This document shows, in pieces, positions 46,835 through 57,851 of a stretch of DNA of 64,000 nt (its first letter is position 1; each line of letters starts with the position of its first letter). A model generated the notes under the pieces. That model had not been told where the DNA came from, ran no database searches, and saw only the letters and a program-made list of their open reading frames with translations. This DNA comes from Diplonema japonicum (lineage: Eukaryota > Protista > Euglenozoa: Diplonemea), in NCBI GenBank assembly GCA_964019335.1, contig OZ025757.1:1-64000 (forward strand). The letters are read 5' to 3'. A program made the translations under genes and the position numbers.

Positions 46835-47580
46835 TATTATGTTTTTTTTTTAAAGAACCTGAACAATTTAAAAAAAAAAGTGGGGGGTTTTCTTTTTTGG
46901 CAGACACGAGAGAATACAATTATATATTTAGCGACACCCCCACATCCTCCTAATCTACGAAAACTAAACTCAACCCCTCTGTTGTGTGTTTAACCCAACA
47001 CCACACATATGGATGACTTGTGTCGGGGTTTCTGGGTTTCTGCACTAGGTAGTTGACAGGAATCTCTCCCGCAGGGTTTTCAAAATAGAAAATCCGGAGG
47101 GTATAAGACACCTTAAGTATTCAAATAAAAAGAAACAGAAAGAAGAGTTTTTATGAGCTAGTGCGGGAAAGAAAGAAAAAAAAAGTAATGTCAACAAACG
47201 ACTCTGTGAAGAAATGTGTGACTGTTCCATTTATTTTCTTTTTTTTTTCTTTTCTTTTTTTTTTTTGTTCTTTCTTTCCCTGACGAGCTCGTGTACCGCT
47301 ACGACTATTGTTTGGTTGAGACATCAAAAAAAAAAAAAAAAAAAAAAAAAAAACATAAGCACCATTTTTTTTTTTTTTTTTTTTGTGCATTTGTTCGATA
47401 AGTAAATATAACAAAGGGGATCACATTGCCGTATTTTTCTTTTCTTTTTCTTCTTCTTCTTTTTTTTTTTCTCTTTCTTCTTCTTCTTCTTGTTCTTTGC
47501 TACAACAACGTTTTTTCAGCGAAGGAAAGTTGTCGTTTTTATTTTATTTTATTTTTTTCTTCTTTTTTTTTTTTTCCCAT

Positions 47581-49029
47581 TCAAACATCATGTAAAGGCT
47601 GTGGTTTCTGTCCGGCTTCCTCATTCAGGTACTCGTGCTCCTTTAGCCCGACCTCCATTTTCTCGTTGTTCTTTTCGACCCTCGCCTTCTTACCCCTCAT
47701 CCCAAGGAACCACCCGAGACCAACAGCAAAGAAACCCCCAACTAGCCCGAGCAGGATCGTTACGTAACTAATACCATCGTCATCATCATCATCACCAGAA
47801 TCACTGCTCGGGACAGGCCCTTGAGGGTGCAAAAGCTGGCGAACCGCAAATGTGTGGAAAGGCTGCTTCTCGTCCACCACCAACGCATCCAGCGAATCGC
47901 TGAACAAAAGGCACTGTTTGTGTGGGTACGACGTGCCGACAGGTGCATTTTCAACCCACTGGTACACGGTGCAGACCTCATCCGCACAGCACTCCGCGTG
48001 GCATTTGTACTGAGTAGCAACCTCGATCTGTTTGTAACCATTGCTGTTTATATTATAGTGCTTGGGGAGCATCTCCGTGACACAACCCTTGAACACCGAT
48101 ACAAAACTTGAATTCTTCCTCACGGCGAGCCTGCCCCCGTCGGTGGAGACAGACAAGACATCATCGCCCCCTGTAGCTGTTGACCACACCCCTTCTCGGG
48201 CCCCGTTGCTGTCGTTGAACATTGTTGCGACCGCGTGAGACCCGTTGTGGTGAAAGGAGAGGGCCCAAGATGGGACAACATAAGGTCCTGGCTCGCCTTT
48301 AACGATCTTGGTCGCCCCCGTCCACCCCAGCTGCCACACAGTGTTAGAATTATTAAGCTTCACAATATCAGAGTTTGTCTGCCCCGCGTAAGAGGTTGCC
48401 ACAGCAGTCGCATTGGCACTGGTGTGCATGGTAACAGGGCTTTGTTGGGGAATAGTTTTTTGTATAGTCCCATTGATCGAAAGGTTCTCATTAATGCGAT
48501 GGACCTGGAGCTGATCGATAAAGGAAGAGGTCACAACAACATCGCCATTGGCAGATGTGTCTAACAACGAGCATGCTGGGGGCAGAGGGCCCATGGCAGA
48601 GGAACCGTTCTCGTTGAAGTACGAAGAGAGGCCGTTGGAACAGCAGGCGTAGGTCACCTCTTTGGTCGGCGAGACCATGGTGCAGTTGTTGTTCTGTATC
48701 GGGGAGCCTCCAGAGTAGTTCCTGTCTCCAGGGGTGATCTTCAAGAGGTACCAGATGTCGTTGCTCCTGTAGGCGATCACGGAGAGGTCCTCGTTGGGGA
48801 GAGCTTCTTGTATGTTGCTGCTCGAGAACTCTCCACTTCGTCCCCACGACCCGAATTCCCAGATTTTCCCTGTGCCGCCGCCTGTGGCCGATACTGCTGC
48901 CCAGCCGTCACCTGATAATTCGAAGCTTTGCATCTCATTCCCAACATCCAAGTCCCTCTCCCATGTGTAGTCAACGGTCACTTGGACGAGGCTTGTGGAA
49001 ACGGTGTACAGAAGGGCGAGGGATTGCAT
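47581..49029 (-). CDS. Copy 3: predicted type I membrane protein with PAN/Apple-like module
   Basis: Near-identical ectodomain to copy 2, different TM and cytoplasmic tail. Confidence 0.82.
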   Translation of the reverse strand: MQSLALLYTVSTSLVQVTVDYTWERDLDVGNEMQSFELSGDGWAAVSATGGGTGKIWEFGSWGRSGEFSSSNIQEALPNEDLSVIAYRSNDIWYLLKITPGDRNYSGGSPIQNNNCTMVSPTKEVTYACCSNGLSSYFNENGSSAMGPLPPACSLLDTSANGDVVVTSSFIDQLQVHRINENLSINGTIQKTIPQQSPVTMHTSANATAVATSYAGQTNSDIVKLNNSNTVWQLGWTGATKIVKGEPGPYVVPSWALSFHHNGSHAVATMFNDSNGAREGVWSTATGGDDVLSVSTDGGRLAVRKNSSFVSVFKGCVTEMLPKHYNINSNGYKQIEVATQYKCHAECCADEVCTVYQWVENAPVGTSYPHKQCLLFSDSLDALVVDEKQPFHTFAVRQLLHPQGPVPSSDSGDDDDDDGISYVTILLGLVGGFFAVGLGWFLGMRGKKARVEKNNEKMEVGLKEHEYLNEEAGQKPQPLHDV

Positions 49030-49461
49030 CTTTTTTTCTTTCTTTTGGTCTCGTTCCCCACCCTTTCGTTTAAGATCTTAAAATCCAGATAATGGATGAT
49101 AAGGCAAGGAAGGGTCACGACGGCCACGGGATACAATGCTTTATGAAACAGACATGACGAGCAACCTCATTCAGTAAGAGATAGAGTAACATTCAGAGCA
49201 GTAGAAGCACTACTAGTCACGAACAAAGACCGAGCCGAGGCACAAGCAACTTCCTGGTTCGACAAAAGAAAAAAAAAAAGAGAAAAAAAAAACGTGTTTG
49301 TCATTCCCTTAGAAAACTAGGAGGGGGGAATGGGGGGGGAAACAAAAAAAAGGAAGAAAAAAAAACAGGAGGGGGGGGGGGGGTGAAATTGTTTACAGGA
49401 GGGGAAAAAAAAAAAAAAAAAAAAAGCCACATTTTTTTTTTTTTGTACATTTTTTTTTTCT

Positions 49462-50670
49462 TCATTTAATTTTGATCATGGACCGGGACCATTCAATATG
49501 CTGCTGAGTCACATCGAGCCAATCTTCGGTAGGGGCGGTGCTTGGAGCAGCTACGCTGGGGGGCACGCTGGGGGGGGAGGGAAAGGGCCCTGGAGCAGGA
49601 TCGTCCGCCGAATCGATCACATCCTCTTTCGACACCAACGACTCCTGCCGATTCACTTTGGGAACCGACTGCAGCGCCGGCACCACAACTTGAGACCGCT
49701 CCCAACCCGCCGCACCTGGAGGGGACGCCTCTGGCATGGCATAAGGAGCTGTGGCACGGGGTGGGTAATCCTCCCACTTCTCCTGGAGAATCCTTCTCGC
49801 TGCTGCTTCACCTATCTTCCACCTTACTTCCAACTCAGGGTCGGGGACAGCTTCTATATACCGCTTACCAGTGTGCCTTATAAGATACTGGACTACACAA
49901 TTATTCGAAAGAGTACGAAGGACTTCCATCTGGTCGGCATTATTTATCCCGGAGAGGTTGTGCTGGATGAGCTGATCTGCGATGTCTTCTATATCTGCTT
50001 TGCTCACACCGCTTGGGAGAATTGTTTCTAATGAGCCCCCACCCGTCATTCTTTTAAGAAGAATAGAAGCGGCGTCGGTATCAGTGTCGGTAGTGGTGAA
50101 GGTGTGGGCGATGTGTTGCGCCTTTTGAAGCTCTTTTTTGAGAATTTTTATTTGATTTCGTTTTGTTCTGTTGTCGATGCGGAGCTCGTCGGTTTCCATG
50201 AGCGACGCTTCATCACGAGGGATCAATTCTTCCACAGGTTCGAGCTTTCTGCTCCAAACTTCTTTTTTCGGGGGGGGTTGAGGGGCTTTTCCTTGTCCGT
50301 AGACTGTAACGGTGAATCTGTCAGGAGATCGATTGACTAGCCGTGTTAGAACCTCGCTGTTGTCCTGAACGGGGTTTCCGTTAACGCTTTCGATGATGTC
50401 GTTGGTCTTGAGGCCTCCGCGTGCGGCAGGGGAGGAGGGTATGACTTTGACAACATGGGAACCTTCGTACTTTAGGCCGATCGGCTGCCCTGGGATCTTA
50501 GAAATGCTGACGTGCCGCTTTGGGTAGTTGAAGCCGTCCGCACTGTCGTGGTGTTGGTGATGGGGTTTTTGAACGGGGTGGCCTTCCCATGCAGCCGATA
50601 GAATTTCTTCATAAAATACTTTTTCCAGGAGTTGCCGGCTTGCGTTACGATCCGGGGGTGTTCTTGTCAT
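49462..50670 (-). CDS. PDZ domain and coiled-coil protein
   Basis: PIGLKY..VVKVIPSSPAARGGLKTNDIIESVNG. Confidence 0.85.
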   Translation of the reverse strand: MTRTPPDRNASRQLLEKVFYEEILSAAWEGHPVQKPHHQHHDSADGFNYPKRHVSISKIPGQPIGLKYEGSHVVKVIPSSPAARGGLKTNDIIESVNGNPVQDNSEVLTRLVNRSPDRFTVTVYGQGKAPQPPPKKEVWSRKLEPVEELIPRDEASLMETDELRIDNRTKRNQIKILKKELQKAQHIAHTFTTTDTDTDAASILLKRMTGGGSLETILPSGVSKADIEDIADQLIQHNLSGINNADQMEVLRTLSNNCVVQYLIRHTGKRYIEAVPDPELEVRWKIGEAAARRILQEKWEDYPPRATAPYAMPEASPPGAAGWERSQVVVPALQSVPKVNRQESLVSKEDVIDSADDPAPGPFPSPPSVPPSVAAPSTAPTEDWLDVTQQHIEWSRSMIKIK

Positions 50671-53447
50671 GTGTTTCCCCCTTTCCCACGCTATTTTTTT
50701 TTTTTTTGAGGTGTATTTAAAAAAAGACAAAACAAAACAAAAAAAAGGAACGGGAAGTATAAAAGAAGAAAATATAAAAAAAAATCCGGAGGAGGGCGTG
50801 GGGGGGGGGGGGGGGGGTGCAGTTTGTTGTATTTGTTTTTTTTTTCTTCCTTTTATTTTCTTTTGTTCGTTGATCACTCCTTTCTTTTTATTATTATTTC
50901 CCCCCCCCCTTCTTTTCTCTGTTCTTTTTTTTTCTCTACTTTTTTTTTGCTTCTTCTGCCACCCCCGAAAGGTGAGGAAGAATGGAGTTAAAAAAAAGAT
51001 TAAAAAACAAAACGAAAAAAGAGGGGGGGGAAAGAGAGAAAACAGAGAAGAAAAAAAAGGATGTGGAAAAGAAAGGTGGAGAGAATGGGAGTGAGAGAGC
51101 AGTGAGAGAGCATCAAATATTTCTTTTTTTTTTTTTACTTCCCCTTTCCTTTCCTTATTTCTTTCGGTTTTGGTTCCCCTTTCCCTTCCCCCTCTTGTCT
51201 TGGTTTAGATGCTCGAATTCTCTTGCTTTCCTTTTTTTTTCTTCTTTTTTTTTTTTTTTTTTTCCTGGAAAATGTTTTCCTTTCTGCCTCACTATATAAA
51301 AAAAAAAAAAAAAAAAAAATATAATAATAACCCGCCGAATCTCCAAACCCAAGCCAGCTTCTTTGATAATTAAAGAACTTCTGACAGTTTTTTTTTTTTG
51401 TTTTTTTTTTTTTTTTTTTGTTTTTGTTTCTTTTGAGATATGTTGGGCATAAAAAAAAAGGGGGGTAATACACACCACAAGAAGGTTTTACCACAAAAGC
51501 CAAAACCCTGCAACCTCCCCCAGGTAGCTTTAAATAAATAGGTGGGTGAGGGGGGAGCAGGTACAGCTTAATTTTCTTTTCAAAAGAAAAAAGAAAGTCC
51601 ACAGAAGAAGGGTCTGTCCAAGTAGAAAAAACGAAGAAAGAAAAAAAAAGGCGATGTTTAAGGGCAAATCTCACTCGAGGAGAATATTTAAAAAAAAAAA
51701 AAAAAAAAAAAAAAGAGTTGGTACTCAGCAATGTTGTGTATAAATCCTGAGGTTAAGTTGCAGTACTTTGCTGGCACTTCTTTTTTTTTTTTGTTTCTTT
51801 TTTTTTTATTTTTTTTAATTGGACTGATTCACAGTGTTCCCTTTCTTTTTCTTGCCACCCCCATATTACTTTTTTTTTTTTTTCTTTCCTCAAAAAAAAA
51901 AAACAAAACTGGCTGCATGTATCGATATACCCTATTTTAGAACGCTTATTATATAGCTTCCCGTGTGGGGAGGGGGGAGAGGGCTAGGAGGTTGTAACAA
52001 AAAAAATAAACATTGAGGAAAGGTGGAAACAAAAAAAAAAACAAGCAGGGAAGGTGGGGGGACTTTTTTTTTCGCGCTAGTATTATAATAGAGAATGGTG
52101 GGAGGGGACAAAAATGCTTGCCTCTTTTTTTTTTTTTTTTTTAAATATTCTTCGTTGTAATCGGAAAAAAAAGGGGGGGGGGCTCTCATTCAAGCAAAGA
52201 GAATGAGGTTTTTTTTCGAAAAAAAAATAAAAATAAAAAACTTTACACTGCAGCGCAAAACAAAACAAAGAGAATAGCTACAATATTTTTTGGCTTTTCC
52301 ACCAAAGCTCTGTATCCCCCCCCCCCCCCCCCCCCCCCCCCCCACAGCAATTTGAAATTATATCCAACCGCGCAGGTCAACTCGAATGACTCCCACCATC
52401 CACGATGGCCTCGGGAAATCATTTTACCATTGTAGGTCTTGAAACGAAACTCAAGCTGTCAAACGGTGGAAAATTATTGCTTTCTTACTGTTTGCAATTC
52501 TTTCTCAAAAAAAAAAGAGGTTGAAGCGGGGGTATAAAAAAAAGAAGAAGAAATTTCACTATGGTGGTGGGGGGGGGGGGGGGGGGGGAGGAGGAGAGAA
52601 TTGTTATTGTTTAGAAACAACCCCCCCTCCCCCTCACCCAAAAAATAAAATGAAATGCACACGAAAGGCCTTTGTACCACTTACAACACGCTTTAATAAT
52701 GAAAAAAAAAGTTTTGGAAAACAAAAAAAAAGAGAAAGAAAGAGAAGTAAGGGGTTTGCAACAAACAAAAAAAAACAAAAAAAAACATACTTTTTCATTC
52801 CATGTGATTTACCATTTCTTACCTTTTTTTCCCCCCCCCCCCACCTTTGAACACATTTTTTTTAAACGCACAAGGAGTGTATGCAAGTAGGAAAAACTTT
52901 AAAAAAAAAAGGCAATCTTGGCAACGAAAAAGAAAAATAGTTTTTATTTTAATGAATTTGAGTAAGAAATTGAGAGAGCACAAGAGTGAGGGGGGGAGGG
53001 GGGGAGAAGCATTAGGCTAAATGGGAGAGGAATGGAGTCTCCCCAACCCAAGTTTAACCCTTTCCCTTTTTCTTTTTTTTTTTTTTTTTTTTTTTTTTCC
53101 GCTCTTTTTTTCCCCCTCCTTTCGTGCTGAGGGGCAGCACAGAAGAGGGGGGGGGGAAAATTTCTCATGTATCCGAAAAAAAGGGAAAAAAAAAGAAAAG
53201 AAAGAGAGCAGAAAAAAAAAAAAGAAAGATCGGAGGAAGCTTATAGAGAAAACCAAAAAAAAAAGGGCACCCCAAGTACCATGCAGCCCAAGGCAGCCCT
53301 GTTGTGCTTATTGTTGTAGTTTTTCTTCTTCTTTTCTCTTTTCCACCTTTTCTTTTCTTTTCTTTCGGTATTTCCTTTATTTGTAAAAAATAGCTGGAGG
53401 GTGAGAGGCAAGAGGAGTGGGGGGGTGTTTCGGAAAAAAAGAAAAGT

Positions 53448-53474
<27 letters not shown>

Positions 53475-53478
<4 letters not shown>

Positions 53479-54236
53479 TTTCACTCTTCAGAAATTACTT
53501 CACGCACTGGGGGGCCCATTACTTCACGCTAAATCTCATTACTTCACGCTAAATCTCATTACTTCACGGTGAAATAATGGCCTGTTTTCCGTGAAGTAAT
53601 AGGGGGTTTCCGTTAAATAATATGCCTCGGTAGGCCAATTTTTGCCTCGGTTCGGTTCCCAGTGGGGCTACTTTTTCCTCTCAGTTTGCTATTTCCCCCC
53701 AGGTTCAGCTCAATTGGCCAACTTTTGCCTCGGCTCAGTTCCAAGTTGGATTACTTTTTCCTCCCAATTTGCCCACTTTTGGCTAGGCCTTGTTCCCAGT
53801 TTCTGGGGGTAACTCTTCTGTGGGTAAGGGTAACTTAGTCAGCTTACCCAAGCTCCCCAAATGACTTCAAAATACCGAAGCAGCAGAAAAAAAGGAGCCA
53901 GCGGCCGCGCCAGGTATGGGAAGGCCTGATTAGAGATGGTGACAGTGGCAATGCCAGCGACAGCGGCAGCTCTTAGTCAACAAAAGGAGGGAAAACAACT
54001 TGTATTGTAACCTTTGTAACCCCTCTCTTGTTGTACCCCTTGTCACCCTGTTGTGCCCCTCGTGGTGAAGTAATTTCAGAGTGTCGTGAAATAAAACCAC
54101 TTACCTACCGCCAAGTAATGCTTTACCGACCTCTCGGTTCCGCATTTTACCATCTCGGGCCCTGCGGGCCCTCGACGGTAAAATGCGGAACCTCGAGGTA
54201 ACGGTAAAGTCATTACTTGTTGGCAGTAAATAGCTA
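53475..54236 (+). mobile_element. Non-coding element 1: asymmetric inverted repeats, CATTACTTCAC iterons, terminal hairpin (Helentron/HINE-like)
   Basis: 5' TTTATTTCAC..GAAATTACTTCAC pairs with 54065-54095; hairpin 54110-54224; ends TAAATAGCTA; flanked by T-runs with no distinct TSD. Confidence 0.75.
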
Positions 54237-54245
54237 TTTTTTTTT

Positions 54246-54752
54246 TTTATTTCACTCTTCGTCATTTTTTTCACTCACTAGGGGCCTCATTATTTAAAGC
54301 GAAATGGCCATTATTTAACTAGTTAAATAATGAGATTTTGCAGTTAAATAATGGCCCTTCAGAGTGAAAAAATGGGTCTCACCGTGGAAAAAAATGCACC
54401 CAACCCCTTGAAAAACTTTTTTGGGATGGGGGTATTTTGACTATTTTTGGCCATCTGAGGCCATTCCAGCCCTTAAAAGTGGGAATAAGTGCCTTACTTC
54501 CCCTTTAAATGCCACGGCGAAATAGCTACCCTGTATTACCTTAGGAAAATCCCCAAAAAGCTGACCTGAAAAAAAACAACAGTGAAAGCAGTGAAGAGTG
54601 AGTGACTCAAATGACGAAAAGCGAAATAAAACGACTTACTTGCCGCCAAATGAGCCATTATTTAACACTCGTTACCGTTTTTTATTCCGTTTTTTTTTAT
54701 TCGGGAACTCGAGTTAAATAATGACTCATTATTTGTTGGCAATAAATAGCTA
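54246..54752 (+). mobile_element. Non-coding element 2: same architecture with CATTATTTAAC iterons
   Basis: 5' TTTATTTCACTCTTCGTCATTT..TCACTCACT pairs with 54597-54630; hairpin 54645-54740; ends TAAATAGCTA. Confidence 0.75.
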
Positions 54753-55085
54753 TTTTTAAATCAGCCTCCTCAAAGAGAGAGAATCTAAAATATAAAATCT
54801 TTTTTCACACTATTGATGGGGGAGGGGGAGAAGTGCCCCCACCAAAAGAGAAGAAAAAAAAAAAGAAAAAAAAAAACACACACAAAACACAAAACACGCA
54901 CCTTTTTTTTTTTTTTAGCAAAAAAAAAATTGCAATTGGGCAATTGGAGGGGGGGAGAGAGGGTGTGTGGGGGGGTGGTCACTCAGTCACACCATCGCAG
55001 ACAAAAAAAGGGGGGGGTGATAAAAAAAAGGTAAATTATGTTTTACTATTCTTCTTCTTTTTTTTTTTTTTTTTTACACATTTTA

Positions 55086-56303
55086 TCACCTCACCTGGGG
55101 GTATTTTTGAAAACCATTTCCACCCTTTCCCCTGTGCGTCGAGGGCGCAGGGTTACCACCTTCGTCCACGAACATCTCTTCAAGCGAAACGGGTAGTGAT
55201 GTAGTCTCAAGGTCAGCAGGCGTCACAGCCACACGCCCAGACGGCGAGGAAGTCGACTGCTTAGCGAACTCAAGTCGCAGCACAAACGTCAGGTTATTCA
55301 CGGCAATAACAGTTCCATCGCACTGTTTCTTGACCTCCTTGGCCTCTTCGAGATTAGCGTACTTGATAAGAATCTGCGCGTACTTCCTCCTAAGGTGCTG
55401 GATAGTTTGCTTTGTTGACCTAACACTGGCAGGAGGGATGATTGCATTGCTCCATCCTGTCCCGAGCTGAGTGGCAAGAAGAAGCGCGCCACTTGGAGTC
55501 AAGCGAGCATTTCCTAAATTTGTGAACGCTTGGTGGGTGGACCGTCTGCTTTGCCCATGACCTTGTGCGTCATGTGGGACAGAGATGTCCCTTCCTGGTG
55601 TCAAGGCGATGAACCTAGCTTGTAACACACATGATTCTGGTGCGACATTCACTTTTCCGTTTCTTGCCACCTCAAGGTCCACCCACCCGTCCCCGATTTG
55701 CAGCTTCGAGGTCTCCAACGCAATGGGCTTCGTCAGCTCCGCGAAGACCATTCCTGTGTCCCACACTGGGAGGAGCTTTGTGACGGTGGCGTGCTGTGCG
55801 GCTATAAAGCTTTCAAGAAGGCTCTGAAGCTTGTTGAGGTCAACTGTCCACGGGACGTTCTTCAAGAGAACCACCTTACACGTAGCCGGCCCGCTCGGTG
55901 CTGTTTCTTGCTTTGGCTGAACGATCGACACAGGCTGCTGTTGCGCTTGCTGTTGCTGCGGTTGTTGTTGTTGTTGTTGCTGCTGTTGCACGACCTGCTG
56001 GTATTGGTAAGGACTGTGCGCGGTTTGGGGCAGTTGTGGGATGACTTGCGGCTGGGCAGCCTGGCCCTGTGCAGTTGTTACATTGGTATACCCCCACATG
56101 GGCGGTGGCGGTGATGTGCTGTATGAATTGGGTGTGGCGTGGCCAGCACCGCTAAACTCTTCTCTCAACTGAGCGACGACAATGGGCGTTGCAGTGGTTG
56201 CCCTAGCACCAGGGTACATGTTGATTTGCTGGTGATGCTGCTGCGCAAGCTGTGCTGGGGAGAGGCTTCTTCCAGGCTGGATCTGGGTCGTCATCTGTTT
56301 AAA

Positions 56304-56342
<39 letters not shown>

Positions 56343-56717
56343 ATACATTTTGCTGCATCATCCCAGTGGGTGACACATTCCCACCTTGTACTGGAGGTTT
56401 TGTGAGGGAGTTATTGCTGTGCGGGGTGGTGTATCCATCAGTGGGGGTCGGGGTGGAGTTTGCCGTGAAGATTGTTTGCTGTAAAAGGGTGGAGTAGGAG
56501 GGGGAGGAGGACACACCGCTTCGTCTGTTGCCTCCCAAAATGGAGCCATAAACGGGCCTGCGAGTAATGGGTCCACTGCAGCGGTGCCTGTCGGCATCAA
56601 TGGTGTTCCTTGTACCTTTTTTTTTTTTTTTTTTTTTTTTTTTGGAAAAAAAAATACCTCCCCTGCCCTCCCATTCGTATTCCCTACGAGCTGAGCCTGG
56701 TGAGGATAGCTCATCAT
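55086..56717 (-). CDS. Gln-rich protein with two divergent RRM-like domains; introns 56616-56657, 56479-56516, 56295-56346
   Basis: Three GT-AG introns join three ORF frames into one; KVVLLKNVPW..GMVFAEL and AQILIKYANLEEAKEVK..LRLEFAK are RRM-like. Confidence 0.75.
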
Positions 56718-57135
56718 TTATATTTGAGTTTTGTGTTGTAGTTCGGTGGTTTTTTTTTTTTCTTCCCCCCTCTTTTTTTTTTTTTTTTTTTTTTTTTTGG
56801 AAGAGTCGAAAGAATAAAAGATTTGGATAAGAAAGAAATTGGGGGAAAAGACAAAAAAAAGAAAAAGGGAGGGAAGGGGAGGGAGGGACAAAAAAAAAAA
56901 AAAAAAGGACTAATGAAGAAAAATGAAGGGAGGGAAAAAAAAATAATAATAATGGAAAAAAGAAAACATAAAAAATGAATGAAATGAGAAAAGTGTGGAG
57001 AGTGTTCAGAGATCTATTGGGTATTATAATATAGAATATTTTTAATGTGTGTTTGAAAAACAAAAAAAACAAAAAAAAAAGGAATGTGAAACGGGGGGAG
57101 GGGGGTGATTGAGGGATATAAAATAAAAATGGAGA

Positions 57136-57281
57136 AGTAAAGTAAAGTAAAGTAAAATAAAATAAAATAAAATAAAATAAAATAAAATAAAATAAAATAA
57201 AATAAAATAAAATAAAATAAAATAAAATAAAATAAAATAAAATAAAATAAAATAAAATAAAATAAAATAAAATAAAATAAA
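57136..57281 (+). repeat. (TAAAG)n then (TAAAA)n pentanucleotide microsatellite
   Basis: Direct reading. Confidence 0.95.
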
Positions 57282-57851
57282 CGTAGTTCAGAGAAAGTGG
57301 GGGTGGAAAGGGGGGAGGGGGAAGTTTTTTCCCCTCCTTGTGGGTGCAAATAGAAGAAAAAAATGCTCTTCAGTTGCTTTGAATATTCTTTTTACGCAGC
57401 AACTTCTTTTTTTTTATTTTATTTTTTTTTTTTGAAGATAAAAGAGGAAGTGGCCGTTGTTTGTGCGTGTCGAGTAAAAAAACCCTGCAAAAGTTTTTGT
57501 AAACCCGAAACACTCTGCCAACATTCCCCTTTTTTTTAGACAAGAGAGAAGGTCTGCAACGACCATAGTGTGAAAATCTAAAAAAAAAAAAAAAAAACTC
57601 CTCAAAAAGAGCCTATAAAAAAAAATCCGTACCTCCCCTCAAAAAAAAAAAGCAAAAACAAACAAAGGTTTCCTTCTTAAGGGGGTGTGGTGGAGAGGTC
57701 ATAATAATATAAAAAAAAATCTCTAAAAAAAAAAAAAAAAAAAAAGGGGGCACAGGGATCTTTCAAAAAAAATTGATATGCCCAACAATAAAAAAAAAAA
57801 AAAATCTATTTCTCATTTTTTTTTTTTTTTTTTTTTTTTTTTATTTCCTTC

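Noticed and set aside
52345-52480. Balanced-composition island with weak terminal complementarity
   Set aside because: Pairing is short and interrupted; no snoRNA boxes or coding signal I can support.
50671-53470. Long gap as a site for an SL RNA gene or a strand switch
   Set aside because: No spliced-leader-like sequence recognised, and flanking genes keep the same orientation.
56358-56520. Apparent programmed frameshift or overlapping uORF ahead of the RRM-like gene
   Set aside because: Resolved by a canonical 38-nt GTGTGT..TACAG intron (56479-56516).
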